A stretch of 64,000 nt of DNA from Trichoplax sp. H2 (lineage: Eukaryota): positions 1 through 64,000 of the forward strand of contig NOWV01000164.1 in NCBI GenBank assembly GCA_003344405.1, in the 5' to 3' direction. Shown one piece after another: positions 54,622 through 64,000 of this stretch. The position numbers and the translations under genes were made by a program. Below the pieces are notes generated by a model, which saw nothing but the letters and a program-made list of their open reading frames with translations, was not told the origin of the DNA and ran no database searches. The first letter of the stretch is position 1. Each line of letters starts with the position of its first letter.

Positions 54622-57600
54622 ATGGCAAACGTCAGCTGGAAAAGGAAAGAATGTACGGTAAGGAAGCCATAGATCCTAGTCGATGATGAGACTTTGCCGA
54701 TGATCATCTTGGAGAGGAAAGAGGGAATACCTCAACCCTCTCAGCATAATTATTATACTACAGTTTTATTCAGCGATAATTACACTAAATAGGTATCAAT
54801 TCGGTGAAATGATCACTTCGATCCATGCTAGTATATCTTGAACTTCTACATTGCAAAAGGACTTACTAGCGATGATGCACTTCAATTCACAAATGAGTAT
54901 ATCCAATTGAGATTGGATTTTAGTTTATTGACAGTGCCCACAAATAATGGCAAAATCCGGCATACATAAGTGATTTTGCTATTGTGTCTGTTGTACTGTG
55001 TCCTATCCTTAACGACTAGTGAACTCAATAATGACTGCTAAATCAATCAGTTGCACCAATGATTGAGAAAGTCAATAAAATATTCAACTTACCGATAATG
55101 GAAGTACTTAGGTATGAATAAACCTGTATCTAGGCGAGAGAGTGTTTGAAATCATGACTCACAGTACATCATGCCTTGGATGACATTCAACTCCATGGCA
55201 AAGCAGTCAGTCGTAATGGTCAGACTAAATCCGATAAAGAATAAGACCATTGATTTGATTTTAATTCAAATTTCACTTCTCTCTGCCTATTTCCAAATAT
55301 TTTACCTTCACCTAACATCATAAATCATAATAGTTCTAATTAATAGAGTGCTTGCCCCGGATGACTGCACGACAAGTTAATTACGTAGATCGTCATTCTT
55401 GACTTTGTCTTATTATAATTACAATTTCAATACCATTATATAATACCGACCGAGTCATCTATAATTAATAAAAGGAATGGGCTTCATTAAATGAAGGCTA
55501 TAAAGAATACCCTAGCATCGGTCTTCTTTGCTTTTCGGCTATAGTACTGTAGGCCTGTATAATTGGATTCAATTCCACAACTACTGTAGTTTGGCGTAAC
55601 GCAAATGCATTAATTAGATTGATGTTACTGTGCATTTATTATTGGAAGTATATCTTAAAGAGTTTAAATAAGAGTATGAAATGCATGATATTAACTAATT
55701 CTCAAATACCATCTGTAATGCCTAATTCTTCATCCTTCGATGGAGTAGTTATTTTAATCATCTTATAACGCGAATGGTGTAGAAGGTATGACTCATATAT
55801 TCATATACGTTAGACTCTATATCCTGACTTAGCAAAAGGAATGTTGTGCATACAACTAGAAGATCTGGAGACATTGTTAAACATTCCACGATCTGCTTTC
55901 AATAAATAGACTATTCAATCAAACAAAATAATTAAAAAATCGTCATGCACTTTTTTGTGCCTACAGATTTTGTTATAGAGTATTAAAATCAAGTGGATAA
56001 TGTTTATTTCGTTTTTACCATTTCTTATCTACAAGGATAAAGAAGATGTACATCTAATAAATATCGACAAGTTTATCAAGGAAAAGGTAAGAATCTGTCT
56101 GATTGACCAAATTGTTCGGTTTTTGTATTAATGACTAGCAAGTCAATTTTCATGACATAACATGTGTCGTGAATTGACCTACTTGTGCTCAATAACATCT
56201 AGATAGATACACTTAGATTGACCATTTTAAGTTCCGCTCATAAATATGAGACTGATAATATTTTATTCCTTAGTGCCTAGTTGAAATATAAAAGTTACAT
56301 TGCATTCTTTTTTCTGTTATTTTAGAATAAGGTGTATAGGGGCTTAGATAGCCGTACCGCATTTGAAAAGCTTTATAATGAATTACAGCTACAATGCAAA
56401 TTGTATATAACAAAGTTGGATTCCCAAAGCTGGCGCAGTTTAATCTTAAGTCTGAGTAGAAATCGACATTCATCTTTGTCGATAATATCTGTTGGACTTC
56501 TTATCGTTGCCATTTGCATGCTCGTCTTAGCGTCTATATTCGGTAGTACTGGGTAAGTACTGAATAGCTTGTTAACTGTGAACGCGATAACGCCATAACA
56601 TAACTGTAAGATGTTTGTGTTAGACGGATAAATTGTAAATGCCCACTAGTAAATGTTCATGAATACAGTTCCTTTCTTCAAAATTTTTCAAATGTCAATG
56701 AATATAGTTCTCTTATTGATCGCAAATGTAGCCTATGCAGGAATGAGATTAGTTTCAAACTCATTTAAACTTTCTGTTTGTATATTGCAGGAACCATGTC
56801 GTAGAAATACTTATTTTGACCATGTTTGGTGTTGTCAATGTTTATATTGCTATTAAAGAGGAAAAATTACGAAGAACTGAAAGAGCTCGGCGCATGCTAG
56901 ATATTCTTAGTGAAAACTTCGGTATTTTACCCCACTACAAAAAATACTACAAATTAGTTTACTGTATCCAAATTAGAGAACGGCTTGATTATACGAAAAT
57001 GCATTTCCCAACACTTTTACTTTCGATGTATATTAAGTTACTGACTTAACAAGCCTGCAATATCATACTTATTTAGGGCGTTAAAGTAGTGTTCGTTACA
57101 TAAAAGATATAAGCCTTCAACTTAACATTGTTAATTGGAATTTGTTGTATGCGCTATAAACCAAACGATGCTATTGGTTTCTAGTTTAGTCGTATTTGTG
57201 TCAATGTATCTTATTATTGTGTCTACCCGTAGTAAAACGTTTGTCATTGCTATTTGTTAGGTGACGAGGGCAAATCATTCCGTGGAGACATCTCATATAT
57301 CAGTAAAGACCGCCCTATTAATCATTCTTTCAAAATGGTTTGGGCTTATCGTGATGGAAATATTGTTAATTTACCCCAAAATTTGCTCGTAGAAGAGGAC
57401 GTAATCTTATTGGCGCCTGGACAAACAGCCCCAATCAAAGTTTGTAAGGTATTTAAACACGATCCATTCTTACATGTTGTATACTTACTTTATCATGAAT
57501 CGAAATGATTTTAAAAAATCAGCCATTCAAAAATTTTCCTAGCTTGATTCATCCTGGAAGAAATCTGCATGTGTTCTCGATGCAGACCAAACGTTTACTT

Positions 57601-60600
57601 TATTGGAAAATGCACCTGATATAGGTGGTGAATGTCTAGACTTTCGTGGAAATTTCCTAGTTCTGGAATCGTTTCTTACAAATCTCTCAAGGTAAATAGT
57701 ACTATGAGCTCAACAGGACTAATGCAAGTACATTTTATTCCTTTAATTTTATTAATACTACTATTATATTGTACCCATGTGGCCATTAGAGATGAATTAC
57801 TTGATGTCGACAAGAAACCTGTTTCTCCCGTGGAAAATGGTCAATATTGGATTATACAAGAAGCTATGTTTAAATATATTGTACCTCTACTGTCGGTAAT
57901 GAGATAGCTTATGTTTTTTGCAGTTGTCAATATCCTGTTGAGCACCGTTATTGATTGAAACTCTGTAATCCATAGTGCGCTTCAATATTATGCAATGCTC
58001 TAAGATTGATCTTAATTCCTGATGATGTCGGTCCGTGGTGGCATGTAATGTTAACATTGCAGGTGACAAAATGGAATCAATGTGATAGATGATCATGCTA
58101 ATTAAGCATTCTCGCTATACTGCGTCTGACTAGAATGCATGCAATAATGTGAAGAAATGACTTGTAACTTCGTTGTAGGTGTACGTAATCATACCATACT
58201 TGCCATTATTTTATCCCATCTTTTGGACTGTGGGTAATATATACGGCGTTGCTAAAGTATTGAATACATTAAACAATCCGGAGGATGTAGAGGTAAGAGA
58301 ACATTTGTTAAATGTTGTTAGAAGAGTATGCACGTATTAAGAGTAATCGGTATATTTTTATTAATTTGCTGTTTACAGTGGAAAGTGGTATTTCGTACGT
58401 TTTGGGAAATAGTTCAAGGATCGAGTCAATTTCTGCCTAGATCATGCAATATTGTTCATCTCTTGGGAAGAGTCACAGTTAGTAAAAAAATACATCAAGT
58501 TGTAATAGCTGTTCACACCAGTTTTCTGTATTAATCACTAGTATTAACTTTCTGATATTCTATTTTAGTCCTTCTGTTGCATGGATCAACAGTCGCTTTT
58601 ATCACCTCCCAATCCTTCTGTTAGTAAAGTTGTATTTCCTGATCCTGACAACGACCGTCAAATAGAAGAGCGAATTTCAGTTAATACTTTCAATTCAGGT
58701 TAGAATTGGAATTATTTGATCTTAAACTTAATTTCTTTGTGAAGTGCAAACTTACACAAACTACCGTAATTCTTTAGATGGAAGTAAAGTTTCTTCACAA
58801 TATTCGGAATCGGCTACAAATGAAAACCCAGATATCGAAATGAAAGGTTACAAAGTTTAAATTGATATTTCCTTTAACTAGTAACTAATTTTGGGATTAA
58901 TTTCTCCTTTTATACTATTCTAGATGCCAATGTTATAAGTCATGTAAAAGTGCTAGATTTATCCATAGATTCACAGGTACGAGTCTAGTTACCCTTGCAT
59001 ACTCAATGTAAACAAAGGATCCTTTATTGGTTCACTACTGTTTATAAGTGCAATTCTTACGTTAAACTATAAACTTATTTCCATACTAGATGATAGCATG
59101 TTTAGGTTTGGCAGCACTCATCCTGAACCTGACTTGTAAACTGTGCTACTTATTTTTATAGGATAATTTAAGATTTGACGATTATCAATGGCAGAATTAT
59201 TTAAAGAACTTAAAACCAATCGTGCGTATCGTACCGTATTTTTATATTGATTACAACTATTGTGATTCGCATCCTGCTAGTTAATACATTTAGTTTCTGC
59301 TATGATCCTATTGTGTACGCAATTAAAATTACAATTGACAATTTTGGGTACATCAATTTCAGTCGAGATAAATTTTGTTCCTTGTATGAATTGCGACATG
59401 AAATAGGGATTAAATGCCTTGGTCACAATATCCAATCTATCAAATCATAATAAATTGAACATTCCTGATAAGGCTTTTGGCATCAAAACTTCACTGCCTA
59501 TCACGATTTATGAATGGTCAGCTACGCTATAATATCTATAATTTTCTTAAACGCAGTAGTTTAAATTTAATAAATTTCTTTACTAGTCTTATACGAGTAA
59601 TTCTTCCCTGAAATTTATAATAATTTCAGGAGCTTAAGGCAGCTAAGTTTGGCAATAGGATTCTCTGAGGGTGCCAAGAAGGCGTTTAAGCAATATGTAG
59701 AAATTTACTATATTGATAAAGTGCAAAAGGTTTAGATGTTTCTTAATTAATTGAAAATTAATATAGCATTATCAATAATGATCTAGTGATAGATGTTCTG
59801 GCTATCTATCGTTAATAGTTAAAATATACTGATATCGTAAATTGTTGTTATTACTGTTTCCTTTATTTATCAATACGGTGGATTACATGCAGTATGTTAA
59901 ACCTTTAAAACGATGTCGAGTGCCGTATATGTTGTCCGCATGTTTAATAGAAGAAAGCATTGGTAATTATATTGTTTATTACTTTAAAAACTAATTTTAA
60001 CCATTTTACTTTTTATATTTTGCTAAGTTATTTATACTTTACAGGAAATGTACAAATGTTCAGTCAGGGTGGTGCTACCATCACTCTTGATCGGTGCTCC
60101 GAATATTGGACAGGCAGTGGTATCTGTAAATTGCCTGTAAATAGTGGGTTAGTCAGATATTTACGAGATCTTGAGTGGAAATTAGAGTATTGACGAAACC
60201 TTTAACATTTTCGGATCAAGGCTTCGAAAAGCAATTCTGGATGTTTTCAGACGTAATAATTCTACGGGATATTGCCTAATTCTTGCTTACAAGCCAATTG
60301 TCGAAGTTAGTCCATGAAATTTGGGATATGATAATTACGTAACATCAAGTTGGGGTATCTCGCCTAGATTCTAATAACTTGATGTTTTATGATTCAATCT
60401 AATCAGAAAATTTCAAATTTCAAAAATCGCTGCTTAGTAAGTCGACGAGTATCATTAGTCGAATCTAATCTTCCCCCACAGTATGAAACGTAAGTAAAGT
60501 AAATACATAATATAACCTCTAATAGCAGCGCATAACTCGTTTGGGATTTGCACGTTAGGTATGCGATGATTAATAGCCAAACAGACAGTAGCCACAGGAA

Positions 60601-63546
60601 GCAGGTATCCGTTAATAATTAATAATTATATGTATAAGTTGTGAACATGATTGTAATCATATTAATTAATCTTATAATATTTACAATATACAGTCTAGCA
60701 GTGATGCATCTACCGATCATCTGAGTAATAAGAAATTAGTAGGTTCTGATGAAGAGGCAGTTCTGAGGTTCGTTTCAGATTCGCTGTTCTATAGTAGTAT
60801 ATTTTTGATTTTCATTTGTTCATTATTGTTTAGGTTGTTAGAATCGCAAATTTTTATTGGTATGCTATGCTTTGAGCACGAAGTGAGACAGGTATAATAC
60901 TCAACACACGATAGAATTAAGCATCTGCAGTAAATAGCTTTTCCACAAAGGCTACTAACATCGTATTGCGATTATTGTAAACCCATTTCAATTAATTATT
61001 TTAACCCATTTACTTGCATTTTTGTAATAGAATGTGGTTTCGTTGATTGAGCACCTTGATCATGCTGGTATAAGATTTGTATTATTTTCATCCGAGAATG
61101 AAATAAAGAGTAGGGTTAGTTAAAAAGTTGTAATAACCAGTTGCTTTTATACATTAATTTTAGTTTTAATGAGTATTTATAAAATCCATTGTCTGTTTAC
61201 CATTTCAGGCATTTTCGAAAAAGCTTGGTCTCGAAACGGGATGGAATTGCCATATTTCACTTATGGAGCCGGAAAATAATCTTCGTAAAAGGACTGATAC
61301 AAACTGTGGCATTGACTTAGATGATAGTAATTTAGATAACGATGAATTTGAAGCTACACATGAATATCACACTTCTACGGCGGTACGTAGTAATTGGTTT
61401 CTATTTGTGTTTATCATGAATTGAAAGAATGATTTGTAAATTATAGGCCAAATTACCTTGTGGTACTACTGCAATTCGACCACATCTGGAAACCGTCGAC
61501 GATGTACCGTTATTGGTGCCACTATTTACGGATTGCACTCATGAAGGTACCTTTGCATTGTTGAAATATTCATATTTTATGTTCATCACAAAACTTTGGT
61601 AGTTATACATCCCGTTGTGATTCATGTCATCTTGAAATGTAGCTTCATTAGAAATGATCACGATCATGCAAGAATACAATGAAATAACGTGTTGTGTAGG
61701 AAGTTCCATGAACTGTGAAAATTCCAAATTATTTTCCAGATCTGATATTAGGTAAAAGCGAATAATACCGTAATACCAAATTGTGCACTGTAGATAGTTA
61801 TTAGCATATTCCAATTTTCATTGTTTTGATTACCATTTTACAAAAATCGCAAACCTCAATTCCTGCATCGCAGCATAGCTGTAAATCCTGAATTTCCGAA
61901 GCATTGCGAGAATATATCTGACGAAGATCGAGATCATTCCGTTAGCTATGAAGGTAGTTACAAGTGCAATAAATTTAAGATAGGCACTTTTATTGTGGCA
62001 AGTTACTAATGCTTATTGGGTGTTTACCTAGGCAAAACACCCTTGGTGATAAGCTCTTTACTGAATACTTTTTGCTGTCCATTGTTGTATGATTGTAATA
62101 ATTATGTGGAAGTGATTGAAGTCATGAAGGAGGTAAATTACATTTTTCCCTTTCCATTTATAATAAATGAAAAATTAAATACCATATCATACCAACTTTG
62201 TTATTAGGCCAGAATTTTGTGTTATGGTCTCCATTCTTGCTGTCTGTTTCTGGTTTCTTGCCAAATCTCTTTATCGCTATTGTTGTTGCTAAGCTCATTC
62301 TTACTAATGCCACCCCCATTAGCCGGATATCACATTTTATGGTTTACTTGCGCTATCATCCCACTTATCGGAACTCCGTTGATATTATCACGCAGCTCCC
62401 ATGATATGATGTCGCTAATGACCGGAAAAAATAACCAGCATCGCAAGGTATGCCGACTTGTAAGAATTAATGGACAATTCTTTCTTACAGGAAATTTGAG
62501 ATAACTTTGCTGCACCAATAATTATCAACTGTGCGAGCAATCATTGTACCTGAGACAATTAATTCATTTGCAGAATAAGAAGATGAAAGCTATGTACCTG
62601 CTATTGAGATTTGTCCCATCGGTGATTGTCTCCCTTATATGCTATTATCTCACATTAAATTTTAATTGTAATAAAAACAGTGGTGGTGAGTGCCACTTTT
62701 TGTTAGGGAATAGGTGAGTTGGGTGTTGATTCGAACATAAAATCAACCGCAGCTATGTACTATGTACTAGAATTTATAACATAATTATCAATGATTTAAT
62801 ACTAATTTATTGCTTAATCTGTGCTGCGATTTGGTTTAGAAATAAATCTGGTAATGGTTCATGGAATGGATGGTTGACGACCAATCATCGGGAGCTTACT
62901 ATTGCTCAAAATCAAACGTTTGCACTCATGTGTATCTATTTCGGTAGGTCTTATATTCTGAAATAGAATAATATTATTGAATGGCTGACAATGAAATACT
63001 CTTGGATATATTTATTGCAGTGGAGATATCGATAGGTTTTGTAGATACATTTAATCTAAGAATTTGGCGATCTCCCTTTTCCAATCGCACTTGGCTAATT
63101 TCATGCACCATCTCGTAAGGAATCTTTGTCCTTTCAGTTTATTGAGTTAGCAGTGAAGTTTTGTATAGTTGATTATTACTACCATCAAATGTGTTAACGC
63201 TATCGAATTATAATTAAAACCAGGATTCTGTTGGGACTGTTAATAGTCGTTGTAAATACTGCAGCGAACATGGTCGAATTTGATTTGTTTAGAATAGTTC
63301 CGACCTCTGTCTTTATTATATCAACGTCTTGGTCGTTGGTTGTTTTAGTTTTAAACGAAATTGTAAAATATTATGATATCAGGTATCAAGGGCAAATTAA
63401 TAGTTTTTTGTGCATTAAATCATAATGTTTTTATGTCATTAATATTCATAATGGAATGGTTTCTTGTTTAAAGGCTTCAAGTACGATTCCAGAAACGAGA
63501 GAGACTAAAATTTGATACGAAACTTGGCATGAATTCTCCTTTTTAA
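54622..63546 (+). CDS. TMEM94: Transmembrane protein 94 (KIAA0195; P-type ATPase-related), many small exons
   Basis: GLDSRTAFEKL; WAYRDGNIVNLPQNLLVEEDVILLAPGQ; KLGLETGWNCHISL; AKLPCG...IRPHLETVDDVPLLVPLFTDCT; C-terminus QKRERLKFDTKLGMNSPF* (TAA 63544-63546). The 5' exons (54622-54657, 56037-56087) and the start codon are tentative. Confidence 0.92.
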
Positions 63547-64000
63547 AATTTAATTCATGAATTTTACTATTGTGATTATTAACATTGATTGATGAAACTT
63601 TTAACAAATTTCGGTGATTTAATCTGATTTGGAACCTTAATTTTGTACATAGGAATAATGATAACGTAAATTAGATTTATTATCTCAATTGTATGTAAGA
63701 GAACAGCGACCAGATAAATTTTTATTACCATTCCATTGTTGATAACTGAATAGACAAACTTTATTCAAAATCACCTTCCGAATGAGAAATAAAGAATCTG
63801 TTTCCAAACTGTAAAATTATATCGTCGTCATTGATAATGATATGATCCGTAAGCTACCGCTGATATTATTACTTACCTAATCATTAGCTTTCAGCACGTA
63901 GATGATACGATGAAATTATACATACCGTCATAGATAACGGTATTATCAACAAATACCAGAGTTTGTTATCTAATGAAAATTAAGATAAGCATTAGTTTAC

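Noticed and set aside
60605-60612. Possible U12-type donor GTATCCGT in TMEM94
   Set aside because: Deviates from the GTATCCTT consensus and no clear TCCTTAAC branch site was seen.

Overview
Left end of an AT-rich, intron-dense animal chromosome. TTAGGG telomere, short introns and ACAGT/TACTG pentamer tracts suggest a placozoan (Trichoplax-like), but that assignment is inference. After a 243-bp (CCCTAA)n telomere, the first ~20 kb is an accessory zone. It holds one apparently intact ~19-exon Apaf-1-like STAND gene (NB-ARC plus divergent beta-propeller) whose N-terminus is a ~445-aa unrecognised helical domain encoded by one large exon instead of a CARD. Around it lie up to three decayed paralogue fragments: a possible orphan exon ~0.8 kb from the telomere, an N-terminal-domain pseudogene at ~17-18 kb, and propeller-exon relics at ~19-20 kb. 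Conserved genes follow: NPRL3 (-), MAGOH (+, CDS intronless), a two-exon ARL4-like GTPase (-) with Asn in place of the catalytic Gln, TMEM245 (-), an SLCO/OATP transporter (+) and TMEM94 (+). Intergenic DNA carries several degenerate tandem arrays, MITE-like inverted repeats and an interleaved A-B-A'-B' inverted repeat. Exon boundaries were read by eye and are unverified.
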